A stretch of 64,000 nucleotides of DNA, from contig JAAILG010000074.1 of the NCBI GenBank assembly GCA_012026655.1, forward strand, positions 1 to 64,000. Direction: 5' to 3'. The notes below the pieces were generated by a model. It searched no databases, was not told where the DNA came from, and saw only the letters and a list, made by a program, of their open reading frames with translations. The position numbers and the translations under genes were made by a program. Positions 48,216-62,050 of the stretch are shown piece by piece (position 1 is the stretch's first letter; every line of letters begins with the position of its first letter). The DNA is from Hydrolagus affinis. Lineage: Eukaryota.

Positions 48216-51200
48216 ATGCATAGCGGGGATTCAGATATTGTACATTATGTAGAGAGTTTAATACATGTTACAGCTGTGCAGTTTATTTGCATTGATAACT
48301 GCTCTACTTTTTCATTATAAAGTTATCCCTAGGTATCCATCTAGGGCTGTATGCTGAAAGAAGAAATTCAATAATCAAGGGATACATAAAATAAAATAAG
48401 CGGATAAGCCAAAAATGTAATCTAATACAAAGTTTTCTGCCTAAAATCATCTATGTATGTCCAATAGATATAATAACTCTTTCCATGGTCAAGAACAATG
48501 TACACTGGATATCAAATAGATATTGCATATTAGTTTACAATTGTACTTTTAACAAGGAGCATTGCCAATCCAAATATGTGTAATGCAAATCATTTAAAAA
48601 GTCTACATCTGTACTTTAACACTGTTTTTTTAACATATCATCACAGGTTTCCACATATGGCTGTCTCTGAACTTCAAAGGTAGGATTTTTGTTTGCAGAA
48701 TTTCCCCCAAACATTGATAGACAGGAAGTAAGTCTATCCTATATATAATATATATACTGTATTTAAATTCAATTGCCATTGTGGTGATTTCAGCCATAAA
48801 TCACAACCAATGCTGTCAGATATTATGGGATTAGGAACCAAATAGCATTTTGAAGGAAATACTATTTATATTCAGAAAAAGACATTTGATTCCTTTGCTT
48901 ATGTTCAAATTAACTATTTCTAAAGAGAAACGTCATGCATACTTAAAGTGTGCCAAATTTTGCAATTCACAAATAATGTTGAAATGGCTAATTCAAATCT
49001 CTTTGGGATGGCACTCATTCCAGCAATTACAAGATTTACATCAAGTTTGTCATTCTTATTTTACGAAATATTTTCATCAAGAGCTTCGTCCTGTATTATA
49101 ATATCAATGGACCACATTTTCTTCGCTAACATATGCAGTGATTCTTTCCAGGATTAATGGGCATTCATTTCATTTCTCTTAAATGTGGAATTCCCTGGCA
49201 AAAATCATTGTTGTTCTAGGAGATAAAAGGATGCATGTCAATCCACTCAATTAATGGGATATGGAGGCAATTGTTCAATTTGCAGTGCAACAAACATTGA
49301 AAAGATGTAATTGAAAATGAACATTCAATAATTGGTTTTATAACATTCTTGGTGCCCGTGACATGTAATATTGTGATGGAATTGCTTGGGAACAACAATA
49401 ACAGTCGTGCAGAAAGCAGCATAGTCTCACATTAGCACTGGGTTGCAGCAATGTAAACAAAGTGTATTCATTTAGAAAGGAAATAACTAATAACGGCATG
49501 GCAAAAGATTTCTGTGGAGATAATGTATCTTGTTCTCAATAATTTGCACTCTGACATGACTTCACTTGACTTCACTTAACAGCTGCACACACAGAACAAC
49601 TACAAATCCTGTCTGTCTTCCAGCCCCAAATCATAAAGAACCTAGTTATTTCCTTTTGCAACCTCTAGGTTCTTGTGATAGATTTATTAGGAACTCTGAA
49701 CACAATCATCTGGGAGCAAAATAGCTAACTACAAAAAGAAAGTTGATCATTAACCTTAATTAAACAAGGTAGAATAGAAATAATAAACAGCAAAGGTGCA
49801 GGAGCATGATCCAAAGTTTACCGTGTGGATTATACTTAAAAAGGACTTGATACAAATGTATGTGCAGAGTTAACAAATAAATCAGCAGATGTTTTAGATG
49901 GATTCATTGCACACATTCGTCTTAGTCAGGCCTCAGATATTACTTATAATAACAGAATGATTACACTTGAGATTTTGGATCGTGTCTGAAAACCTGTTTC
50001 CTCTATTTGTTTATTCAGTCCGTGTGAAATAAAAACCCTAAGAAATGTATGAGATAATAATGGGACTCTATGCCCGAAATGCCTTCATTTATATATTTTT
50101 AAAAGGGCTAAATGCCCATTTAATGGATTTCCTGAATAAACAGTGACAAAATCATATCACCGCCTGGAATTCTTCCAACACATCACTATGTGTGTGATTT
50201 TGTTGCAAAAATTCAGAAGCCAAAGAAGAGCATTGGATACCTGAGCATGATCTGTCAACCAGTGTATCTTGAAACCAAAATCCATTCAGAATGTGAGATG
50301 TGTAAATATTGGGATTTAATTCTATCTTTGCACACCAGATAATTAGCTTTTTTTTTCTTTAAACATGAAAAGCTCTTCAACTCCATGTCCAGCTCAAGTG
50401 TTATAATCTCAATCTCGATCTGTAGATTTATACAGTTATCACATTTCAATTCTAATCCAAATGCCAATATGTGAGATTAAAAGTAAGCAAACAGAACCAA
50501 CAAATATCAAGCCAAATCATCGGATTAGCAGGATGGCACAGATAAAGTTACTCATCTAATTTGATTTGCATATGGATCTTACAACAACAAACTATATTTC
50601 TTCGAACATCAGAATCCTTCCTGACACTGATATAATCCAATGCAAACAATCACAGTCTTACAAAACTGGCGAATCGAGATCAGTTTCTTTTTAGTCAGTT
50701 TTACAAACACCTATCCACCAAATGAAAGAGAACTTCCCGTGGAGATCACGGATATTATTGAACGGATGATGGTTAGATTTCTTCTCTTCAAATGTGAGAG
50801 TGACTCAGGGGCATGTAAATGGCATCTTAATAATTAGTTCATCTGTTGCTGCTGTGAATAAAATGCTTGTCGATGCACAAATACAATACTATTTCCCTAA
50901 ATTCCAATGCAAGTATAAATCTAAGGGAACACTCAGAAGTTGGTACAACTAAAGAGACACACCCTGGCTATGAAGCCCAAAGGAGGGGACTGAATAACCT
51001 TATGATCATTGCGGTTCCTGCTTAATGAATGACGAAACCGCTAACTATCCTGTTTTATATTTGGCTATCTCCAAACAACACAGAACAGGGTTTGGGTAAC
51101 CGTAACAAAAACAGGAAAAAAAAGCGAGTACCTGATGAACATTCCAACCCTTCCTGCCGCTTGTCATCGCATTTGTGTCATGAAGCCAATTTGAATGAAT

Positions 51201-51904
51201 ACCAATTTTGAACTTCTCGAATTCTGATTCAATCTAACACCAGGTAGGAACCATCGCTGTGATTTCTTTTATTTAGAAAAAGTGAAAAATCGACAAGTCA
51301 AGCTTGTAACGTAAGGAAAAGTAACACACAAATTGGTACCTAGAAAGCAGTAATCATTCCAAATGACACAATAGCTGATCAGATAGGTAAGGTGCGCAAG
51401 GAAAGTTTCTGATTTGAACAGCTGAACCAAGCTTCTTGTTCAGTCCTAAACATATTTTTTCTACTTTTCCTTTGATGCTTTGAGAAGAATGAACAGAATT
51501 TTTATTCCCTCTTCAAATGAATCTCTTCCTAATCTCCAGGAAAAGTTCCTGAACTGTTAGGTAATCGATCACATGAAACTTATCACGATCGGATTCACCT
51601 CACAAATTTAAGAGAAATCAAATCAAAGATCTGAAAGATATTTAGGTTACATTTCAAGAATGACCCTCCATTAGAACATCAAAAGGTTAGCAGTTATAGT
51701 AATTCAACTGTTTTTAAATTGCATGTTTTGCAGCAAATGCACTAAATGTGAAAATCAGGTGTGTACTTGTCCTAGTAAGCACAATTATATGATTATTTTG
51801 ACGGCAGAAATGCCCCTCTGCACAGGTCAAAAAACCCTACAAAGGATGGGAAAGCATTATACTGTATAAGAAATGACTGGTTGTATTTTGATGAATAATA
51901 GGTA

Positions 51905-52165
51905 AATAATAATAATCCTTGCATTTGGTATGGTGCTTTTCACATCTTCTAGACATCTCAAAGCGCTTCAAAGAATATACTGTAAGGCAAATTGACTGTA
52001 CATTTGTGGGCAAAACGCGGCAGCCAATCGTGCACACCACAAATAGTCGCGGATTGAAATAACCAATTTATTATTGGCTTTTTATTTCTTGATGGATTAT
52101 TATCAGTCGTGTGGAGTAAGGAAACTTGCCAAGGTTTCACCCTATCGGGTGAAATTGAACAAAGC
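51905..52165 (-). mobile_element. tRNA-derived SINE, 5'-truncated
   Basis: Tail and body collinear with the 44548 copy, up to GGAGTAAGGAAACTTGCCAAGGTTTC. Confidence 0.9.
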
Positions 52166-52849
52166 GATTCTAACAAAGCAATAAAAGAAGAAATGGTCCA
52201 GTCCACATCTTACTGGCAACTAGAATGATAAATTCCACTCACCTGGAACATTCCTGCAGACTTTCTACATTTATTGGAGTGTCAATATCAAACCATAGAT
52301 CAGATCTTCCAGATATTAACAGAAGATTTTAAATTTATTGAACAAAAGCATTCTATATATATTTTTTATGAAGAGTAGGCACATTGTCAATGCAAATCTG
52401 ATTTAAACTACATGAATATTAACATTCAAAGACTTTTTACATGAGGCAACCTAAATTATTTCCAGTCTCATAAACCCATTAAAGTGTTCTAACATTCCAC
52501 AACACCAGAATGATTAAAACAGCTTGATCTGCGCATTGTGCTTGATAACAGTTTCAAATATCAATGCCAATCAATCCATTAATTGTTAATGTTTGATTTT
52601 ATAAAGTGTGGATAATTTCTGACTTATGAATATCAGAAGTTCTGATGAAATGTTTTGCACAATTGCCAAACCTACATTATGTTGAGCAGTGGGAAGTCTG
52701 ACATATTGACAAGATATTTAAAAAATATAATCTTTTAAAAAGCTTCAATAACAAAAGAAAGTTCAGATAGTACCATTCAGCTATTCCTCATTTTAATACA
52801 ATAAGTAGTACTGTACTGTATACTGCATTTTAAATCTCAGAGGAGTTTT

Positions 52850-53600
52850 TTTGATCATTGGTAAGTTTATCGACCTTAAGGGAAGAGAGTTTGGTTTACT
52901 TTTCATTGCACAGTAACTTACAATTTGCTAATGATTCCAAGCTGTGAAGCCAGATGACTAAAGTGAGGAGATTAATAACATCCAGAGGCATCTGGGTAAA
53001 TTCCAATTGTGTTCAGAAATGTAAGGTAGTGTACACTGAAGAGGAAACAGTTTTTCACAACAAATTTGTTGTCATCCACAAAGGTAAAAAAAAATGTGAT
53101 TTTTTTATTCACTGAAAGTTTCAATGAGTGTCATCAACTGCTGGGACATACACTAAAGGCTTCAGGACTATCCATGAAAAGCAGTTATTTTGATCCCATG
53201 TAACTCTTTAATAAAGCTACATTTTTGAACAGTATAATTTTGTTTCTATTTTCCTTCAAAATGATATCATTGTCATAGAAAGGGATTAAAGCAGTTACAC
53301 AGATCATACTGGTTACTGAACTATTGTTTCAAAAGTAAATCTAAATGCTTCAAATGTTGAGAACAAAATTAACAAGCATCATGGTGAAACTGTAGAATAG
53401 CAGACATATCTTTCCCAATGGAGGCATATACATACAATATGTCATAAACTCCCATCAAAAGCATAAAGTGAAATTATTAAGACCAAGGGTAATACAACAT
53501 GCTAGATGCTAATTTATAGTACGTATAACCTATTTCTGTAATAGGCAGCTCCCAAATACCACTGCCTTTAAAAAGTTTGTACTCTTATGCAACAAACAGA
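52850..53600 (+). mobile_element. Highly degenerate CR1 ORF2
   Basis: FANDSKL (FADDTKL), KCKVVY, and later SLIKLH and DIIVIER remnants in the expected order. Confidence 0.6.
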
Positions 53601-55034
53601 TCACCAAAGCACATTAAATTTATCAGGGCCGTGAATGTTATCTCTTAGTATACTCATTACACCACTGAATGTGTGAGAAATGTTCCAATTGTTTAGACTC
53701 AGAATATAATTAACCATACGATTTGTTCTAAATTTCATATTCAAACAATCTTTTGAACAGTTAAATTAGTGTTGCATAGCGAACATAATAAACACCAAAC
53801 CCTTATCATACAGCCCGTAATTTAATGAGAACAGGTGATGATCATGCACACCAATTATAATTTATTATTTATTACATCAAGAAGAAATACTACGTAAACT
53901 ACTAATGTAATTCCTTGCAGCCCAGACCACTCTCACAATAAAGGCTTCATTAGTTCATGCCATTCATTAAATTAAACCCAGAGGTCCTGACATATATTGC
54001 ACTCAGACATCCCTGAAGATTCCAGGGCTCTGGCGGTTAATACTACCTTACAAGTTACTACAGTACTTCTTGATTGCTTAAAAGGAGCTATGTTGTCAAA
54101 AATCTGTCTGGACTAGATTATCAAAAAGTGATAATAGAACAATTTTTGCTATGAGGTTTACAAAAAAAGTTATAAATCCCTATGCTGTATCTGCGAAAAT
54201 GAATATGGCAGTACGTGAAACAAACGTTTGCGTTTACCTCCACACATCTTTGTCATAAACTGTAGGGAATTCACAATGTTTCTCTCTTTTGGACTCTTTC
54301 GAGTTAATGTCATCATTATGCTAATATCATAGGTTGTATCAAGTTATTACTTTCTTCTCCTCCACTCTCCCTGTGTGAATTCCTAAGCTCCAAATCAACA
54401 AAGCTTTTGCAGCTTTATAATGTGTGATGTTATGCATATTTCCACAGAGGGTAATTTGGGGGTTGGGAAGGGTGGGCGGATCCCAGAAATACTGTACAAA
54501 CATGAATGCAAATTACACTTCCTGAAGAACTACAAAAGCTTTTCTAAGCTCTGGCTTTAAGTCTGGCTTGTAGCCTATGTGATAAAAATGATAGTATGAA
54601 GGTTAACACTACTTCGGATGATATTTAACACCAATTTAATTCTACATTCCACATTGTGGTAAATCTTGTGACTTACTGGACTTAAAATATCAGTTATATA
54701 ATAACTGTTCAACCAACTGTTGAAGGGAGGGGTAGATTCAATTAACAAGTCCCACTGCATATTTTGAATCATAGTGTGTCATACTCGGCCAAACACACAA
54801 GTCACACTCAGACCAGTTTTAATCTACCGCAGCTGTCTAAAGTCAGCACAAAAGTATTTTGTGTCAGAAAATAAGTGTGGTTACTTCATGGTATGTGAAG
54901 GCAATATGAAAAAACACAAATACGTTTGTTCAAGCATGTGCAATATCTTTGCAACAGAATACATTGGTGCGTACAACATTAACATAAAGAAAGCATCGCA
55001 CTTGACCTATGAAATAATGGAGCAATTGCATACC

Positions 55035-55150
55035 AAAGCACAACAACAACAACAAAATTACACTTGTACAGCGGCTTTCACGTCAGGAGGACAACAACTT
55101 GCAGTTATATAGTGCTTTTCACCTGGTGTGGCATCTCAGAGCGCTTAACA
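55035..55150 (-). mobile_element. Two adjacent L2/SINE tail stubs
   Basis: (CAA)n AATTACACTTGTACAGCGGCTTTCACGTCAGGAGG, then TTATATAGTGCTTTTCAC..CATCTCAGAGCGCTT. Confidence 0.7.
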
Positions 55151-55598
55151 AAAGTGATTGTTTGATCAATATGTATAATATATAATACATTTCTGTACAC
55201 AACTTTGCTCAAGTCACAGATTTATAACCGAAGAATATTGTCTCATGAGGTGTGTCTTAGTGTCGCCAGACACACAAGGACCACTGGGTTTGCCTTATCG
55301 TGTTAATGTTGAACTCTGAACTTCCATCAGTAGTCCTGCTGAAAGGTGCAAGCATCAGTTTTGGGTTCGGGTTAGGGTTTTTTTTTCACATCCTTTATCT
55401 CCCAGGGTATGATATCACATTACTTTGAGTCACATACCACATTTCTGCTCAAAGAGGTCGTAGATTTGAATCATTCCATTGGATGCTCTGCTAAGGTAAC
55501 ATGCTGTGCATCAGAATTTGCAATGTTACCATGTCATAGACAGTAAATGAATGCACTTTCTGTGGTAGAATGGTCTGAAACACAATTCAGATGTGGAA

Positions 55599-55692
55599 TG
55601 CAGATGCTGGAAAAACATTGATTCACTTTTCGATTCTCCATAGATGCTGCCTGACCTGTTGAGTGTTCCCAGCGAATTCTATTTTTGTTTCA
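55599..55692 (+). mobile_element. Internally deleted copy of the palindromic element at 30114
   Basis: AAACATTGATTCACTTTTC..TTCTCCATAGATGCTGCCTGACCTGTTGAGTGTTCCCAGCGA matches 30223-30285. Confidence 0.85.
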
Positions 55693-57928
55693 ATTATAGC
55701 TTTAGTGTTTGGACTCATAAAATTATTCCTTAGAAAAATGAAAATACTAGTACCTGTACAAATTAAACCAATCTATAATGTTCTCTTAAAACCCTTTTTT
55801 TTAAAATTATTATTGAGAAATCACTGGAAGAGACGAGAAAAAAAGCTAATTGAATCAGGAAACTGCTGAATATTTTGTGGCTTTATCGGTAAATGTATAC
55901 AACATGATGTTGGAACACAGACTCATTTGCAGCTGCATTGCCTATAAAAGTAAAGTTTCATCATGATTCTGGATTGGATTTTTGACATTATTCCATTTCT
56001 TTAATTCTCCACAAATGCAAACAAATGAGAAAGCAAACTTCAGCTAAAATGAGTCAGGAACTTGTGCCTAATGACTTTAAAGGAAGCTGCTGCGTTTGGG
56101 TTTTAACTGAAAAAAGCTGTCACTGTATCTGCCTTGAAACTAGCTACACTGCCTGCTTACATCATATTTCCTTAAAAAAGGCAACTGTCAACAAAATCCC
56201 AGAACACTTCATCTGGTCTGCATTATATTACAAGGAGGCAATTCATACAAAGAATTCACACGCTACTTTGGGCAGCTTTATGCCTTGAGATAGAGTTTGG
56301 TAAACTTATTCAATTTTTGGAAGTATGTGTGCAATTAGAAATAAATTACCCCTGCATATTTCAAGTCTTCATAAGATACGATTGTGTTCCTTCAATGTCT
56401 TATTAAATAAATGGACATTTCTTTAAAACACAGGACAGAGGATTTCCGTTTCACCTTTAAAACATATGTCGCCTTCAATCAATTTGCATTTCCCGAGAAT
56501 AATCTTCTTCTTAAAAAAAACTGTCGCTTTGATAGATTTTCATTTGCTTAATTTTTTTCAGTTGCTAATCACAATTTAGTGTTAGTCACATAGAAAAAGG
56601 AATCACCTAAGAAGCTTCATTTTCACACAAAGGGGAATAATTTAGTGACCTATAACCATTATCCTTATCTAAAATATATATTTGTTCCTCACATTGTTTC
56701 AGAAAATAGTTAGGCAAAAATCTACCCACCTGCCATTCTCACATAAAGAATAGTAAAAAAAAATCAACAAGCAATAAAGCTCAATATAATTACAAAAGGC
56801 AGTGTTATTTTATGCCTTATCTTCAAAAGCACATGCTTCAGCAGTATTTCCAAAGGTCCTATCAACACTTCTTTTTGGAAAAAATTAAAATTCATTTCCA
56901 ATCACCCAATGCAAATCTGTGGTTCTGGATGAATACTGAATGTTTGATTTCAATCCAAGTTTCCAGTTTCAGATTTCACCCACGTCAGGCATCTTGCACA
57001 CCATGGTATTTCTGCTCGTCACAAACTATATTTCTTTTGTGATAAGAATGCACGAGTACCGTTACTATTGAAAGGAAAGGAAACTGACCATCTCAACAAA
57101 ACGGTTGAAATATTGTAACATGGACAATTTCCAAAACTAAAATACATTATTCATGTCAATTTTGTTCCACTCTTATAACAAATTTAACAAATGACCCTTC
57201 TCAAAGAGTGCTTAAACTGGTTGGTAAACAATATTCCTTACAAAGTACTGTGTAAGGGGACTCAGGATTATTTGTGCATGATTGGTTGAAGGATTTTAGA
57301 CAATAAATCCATAACAAGAATGCCCATCAGCTAGTTTAAACCATTTAAACTAGCTAGTGAGCTGAGCCACTGTCTGCCAACATAATACAAAAACAAAATA
57401 ATTACAATTTAATTCATTTGCAAAACCCATCCTGTTTTGAATTGGCCAGGGTTCATCTTTGGATCCAGAGGAAGCAAATTCCAATTTCAGGGGCAGAATA
57501 TGGAAAAAACATACTTGCTATAATTAGCTCCCAGTTGGAGAAGCCAACAGCTATAATTTGCAAAGCACCTCAATGCGAATTTGTGGAATAATATCGACAA
57601 TAAACCTAGATAATTGAATTTTACGCAGTCAACAATCAGAAACTCTGACAGTCAAAGGAACCCTGTTGATTCTTGAATATTTGTATTCAATCAAAACCCC
57701 TAAGTTCAGTTAGTATGAACATTATAAGAAGCATCATTTTGTAGATTTTATATATCATTTTGGATGTATTATGTTTTCAATCAAACTATTTTCTAATGAT
57801 GTGGAGTATTACGTGTCCTCCCTCGAATGCTGGAGATCCTGACTGTCAAAGGATGGTACAAAAATACAACAATATACAAAATGTTACTGTTCACATGGTG
57901 CCATTCTGTAACTGACATGAAACTATTG

Positions 57929-58138
57929 TCAATCAATCAATCAATCAATCAATCAAAACTTACATTTATATAGCGCCTTTCACATCGAGAGGATGTCCCA
58001 AGACGCTGTACAGTTAGGTAGGGACAAGAGCAGGGTGGAGGAGTCGGGGCAGGATGAAAAAGAGTAGGAAAATTGACAGTATATTTGTGGGCAAAACGCG
58101 GCAGCCAAATTGCGCACAGCAGTGTCCCACAAATAGTC
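57929..58138 (-). mobile_element. Chimeric SINE body with an alternative L2-type tail and (TTGA)7
   Basis: (TCAA)7 at 57929-57956, then L2-like tail TATAGCGCCTTTCACATCGAGAGGATGTCCCAAG, then the standard SINE body from about 58070. Confidence 0.8.
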
Positions 58139-59024
58139 AATGTTTATCAGCAAAATGCCATCAGTGTTGATAATACTTTTTAAAAATTCACATTGTACAC
58201 CATTTACATTAAATTTAAGCAGAATAATTTCCTTAATCCGTTGAGCAAAAACACAGGTAACCTCCAGTACAGGAATTCAGTTCACTTGAGTCCTGAAAAA
58301 TTTCATCCTACAGTTCTTGGGTCTCCTATAGGATTTGAAGAATCCAACACTACAATTCAAATCATTTAAACTGAAGCTATCAATTTTTTATAGCAGTGTA
58401 GCCTTTGTTTTTGTATGCATCATCACTTTTGAAATCATCACGGTCATTAAAGTGTGTTGTTAAAAGTGTATGTTTTCACCACTTTAATGCTTTCACTTCA
58501 CAAAGAAGTCCTGATTTCTTCTTATAATACAGTATTCAATAATAGTTTTCACAAATCTGAAGTAAAAATTTCGCATTTTATCTCAAAAATGGACAGCCAG
58601 GAAAACCGCATAACTTAATGTCTTGCTTCATTTTGTGAATCATTTGTCAGCTCATTGAGTCATTTCAGCCTATTTACATAGTGAAAAAAATTTCTTGTTG
58701 CGATTATTTGCATTAGTTTCATTATTATTTTGCAAGTTTGTGAAATTAATCCATCATTATTGGTGGAAATTTAAATTAGTTTTATAATCTCTTGAGTCAA
58801 TTTTACTGCTTGTTATTAGGTTGGATTAATAATGCTACTAAAAAAAATTTGAACATACTGCAAAAAGGTACCCTAAGTATTTCTGTTTCATCTTTTTACA
58901 ACATTTAGGTAGGGACTTGCAGAAATGTAAACCTAACAATTTAAATTATTTTTGAAAATCCTTTTGATAGAAACCTTTATTCTAGTGTGTTTAAATGTAG
59001 GAAAGAATGATTGTGAGAACAAAC

Positions 59025-59367
59025 TATAATAACAATCCTTCTACAGTATTTGATTTAACGCCTAACCACATCTTCAAGACATCTCAAAGTGCTTCACAGA
59101 ATATACTGTAAAGGAAATTGTCAAGATATATTGTGCATGAAACCCGATAGCCAATTGCACACAACAGTGTCCCACAAACAATCACTGATTGAAGTCAATT
59201 GAACAGTCATGATACGCCAGTCATCTAACAATCGGGTTCTTTACTTACTGCTAGGTAAACAATGGCGTGTGGAGTAAGGAAACTCGCTCAACATTTAGCC
59301 CCGTTGGGAATTGAACCCAAGTATCTCACTTGCAAGGTGAGTGCTCTAACCACTGAGGCTGCAGGAT
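59025..59367 (-). mobile_element. Full-length SINE variant with longer CORE-like segment
   Basis: Standard tail and head, with a variant middle TACTTACTGCTAGGTAAACAATGGCGTGTGGAGTAAGGAAAC. Confidence 0.85.
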
Positions 59368-60324
59368 TAAAAAAATAAACTATAAATCTCCGACTTACTG
59401 GGTAATCATCCAAAGAAACTTGTTCATGGATACATAGAAGCACCCAGTGGCAAAGACTCCCAACAACAGATTTGCCACAGCACCCCTGAGTGCAAACCAT
59501 CAGATATGCTTTTGCCCTCCACCTTGATGCAAAGGTTGACTGTGTCCCTACCCTCACAAATCACTTTCCGAATAGATAGTTGTAGCAGATCCAGAATAAC
59601 TATGGAGGAAAGTTACATACTCCACCACATTTACAACAGTGAGTCTGAGTTGGATTGGAGTTGCTTAAGCAATTATCTAATAATTGAGGTTCATACTTAG
59701 CTGCTGCTGGTTTTGAACAGTTATATTTTCATTTTACACAAGGAGATGCTGGTTGTGCTGAATGCAGACAGATTTGTCTGTCTCTGGAGTGACCTGTACT
59801 GCCTGGTTCACATAATCTGAATCCTTAATTTCTAACAGATTCCATCTGGTGTCTCTAAGAAGGCAGCTGTTCTCCATCAAGCACTGATACCGACTGAACT
59901 CTGGATTGAGAGTTATGAACCCTTGGTGAGACTGGCATGGCATTCTCTGCAGAGAGAACTGGAGAAAAGTTATGTAGATGGTTAGCAACCTATCAAACTC
60001 CACAAATGCGAGGAAAACTCCCTCAATTTCCAGAGGGAACATTCCTGTCACTCAACCCAGTGGTGTAGCCAACTTCCCAGAGAGCAACAACCAGAATTTC
60101 AGGGAAAAACTCGCACAGAACATTCACTTCACCCAACTCAGGGGCAAAGGAACTGGAGTCACACAGTGAGCTTTCAGTGGACAGGCAAATAGATGGTTCA
60201 GCTCGAAAGGTCCCAATGTGGGCTTGAACCCCAAATCTCTCAACTCAAAGGTGATAGTACAAACAGCAAATTTTTCAAAGCTGTCTAGACGTACAGTTTG
60301 GATAAGAAATTGACTCGAGGTCCC

Positions 60325-60570
60325 ATCTGGCTGTTCATGTGGGCGTTAAAAATCCCATTGAACTATTCATAAAAGGAAGGGAGTTTTTCCTGATGATCTG
60401 GCCAATGCTCCTGTAGATAAAATCAGTCACTTTCTCGATGTTTGTGGAACACTGCTAAATGCAAAATTGGCTGTCACATTTTCTGACAAAATATTACACT
60501 TTACAATAAATCCTGTGAAACGCTTTAATATGTGCTCCCAATGCGAAAGGTGCTATATCAAAACAAAATT
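60325..60570 (+). mobile_element. Old Deu-domain SINE 3' part
   Basis: GTGGGCGTTAAAAATCCCATTGAACTATT...CTGGCCAA...TGTTTGTGG...CAAAATTGGCTG...GAAAGGTGCTATAT. Confidence 0.75.
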
Positions 60571-61909
60571 AAAAATTGTTCTGGAATTATTATTTTAGAC
60601 CCTCATTTTAAGAGTACTGTATATTCCAAAGCACCTGGACTTGGGAATATTTATTGGTGCTGCTTTCTCCCTGCTAACACATTAACTGATGGAAAATCAA
60701 TTTTGTGCCAGTGTACATGTTCATTGAAATACTTGTGAGAACTCTACTCCTGCACAAACTGGCAGTAACCGCCTTGTTTTTTTGATGACGCACTCTTACA
60801 ATTCCATAGACTATTTTCTTAAGTCTGACAACTCATTGAAAAATTCAGAACCTCCCAGCAGGTTTATTCTTCATTCTGACTTGCAAGTATATTAAGCACA
60901 GCAAAAACTCTCCAGCAAACTGTGCATCAATAAATCATCCAAAGAATTAAGCGTAGTGTTTTTTTTATTCTTAAAAACAATAAAAAAAAGACCTGGAAGG
61001 GAAACCATGACATCCTGTTAATCCTATCAAAAACAATTACTGACATAAGTCATGTTTGCGTTCGACACTGTCTTATATTTTAGAAAATTTGTTAATTACA
61101 TTAAAAAGAAGCTTTTCCTTTAAAAAAAATGAAAAAAATCAAACATTTGGGGGAAAAAGAATGGAAAATTTAGCTTTACAATTCCAGATATCGTGAGGTT
61201 TGTCGGTTGCTCAGAACTACATCATACTTAAGCAAGTGATCTATCCCAGTGCTGACTTAGTCTTTCATTTATTTTTTTCCGCATACTGTTTATTACAAAT
61301 TGAATCAAACGTGGTTCTTGTAGTGGGTACTGCAGTGTGAAATTATTTTTCTTAGCTTTTGTAGTATATTTCACAGGAACAGATACCTGCTGTTTCTGGG
61401 CCTCTCAGTGATAGTACAAACAGCAATTTTTCAGGGATCAATGGCAGAAAAGATACACTGAAGAGCTCATCTAAACAGCGGCATCAGAAACGACTGAGTA
61501 GTTGGCGCAAATTGTACAAACATATTGTGAAGAAGAAAAGACAGAAGGAAAGGATAGAGAAGTGCATTTCATAAAAAATATAAGCCATGATGCATTTAAA
61601 TACTTGGAACTATGATTCCCCATAGGAGTTTCTGATGTCTGCTTTTATCATCAAGTGGACGCTAGGCAATTTCTTGCAAGGAAGGAGTTCAATGAAACAA
61701 TGCATTTTTTCTTGTAGACACTCACATGCCTCATAAGGGTAGGGCAGAGAGCAGAATTATAAGAGGCCTTGAAATGGGTTAGTTGCTGATTCTATTAGTT
61801 TCAGAATGCTGCAAAACAATAGAACAACAACATAATTCTCTATTTTTTATACCAACTTTGGACACTGGACTCATTCATTATACGTTTACCATCCTAGCAA
61901 AGAGCAATC

Positions 61910-62050
61910 AATAATCATAATCCATGTATTTGATATAATGCCAACTCACATCGTCAAAATATCTCAAGGTATTTTAAAGGATTTTACTGTAAAGTGTAGT
62001 GACTGAGTGTTTGCAGGGTGAACGTGGCTATCGATTTATGCACAGCAATA
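61910..62050 (-). mobile_element. Diverged SINE 3' portion
   Basis: AATCCATGTATTTGATATAATGC...TACTGTAAAGTGTAGTGACTG...TGCACAGCAA. Confidence 0.65.

Noticed and set aside
59734-60051. 105-aa minus-strand ORF with an acceptor-like tract
   Set aside because: No recognisable homology and no good donor or partner exon.
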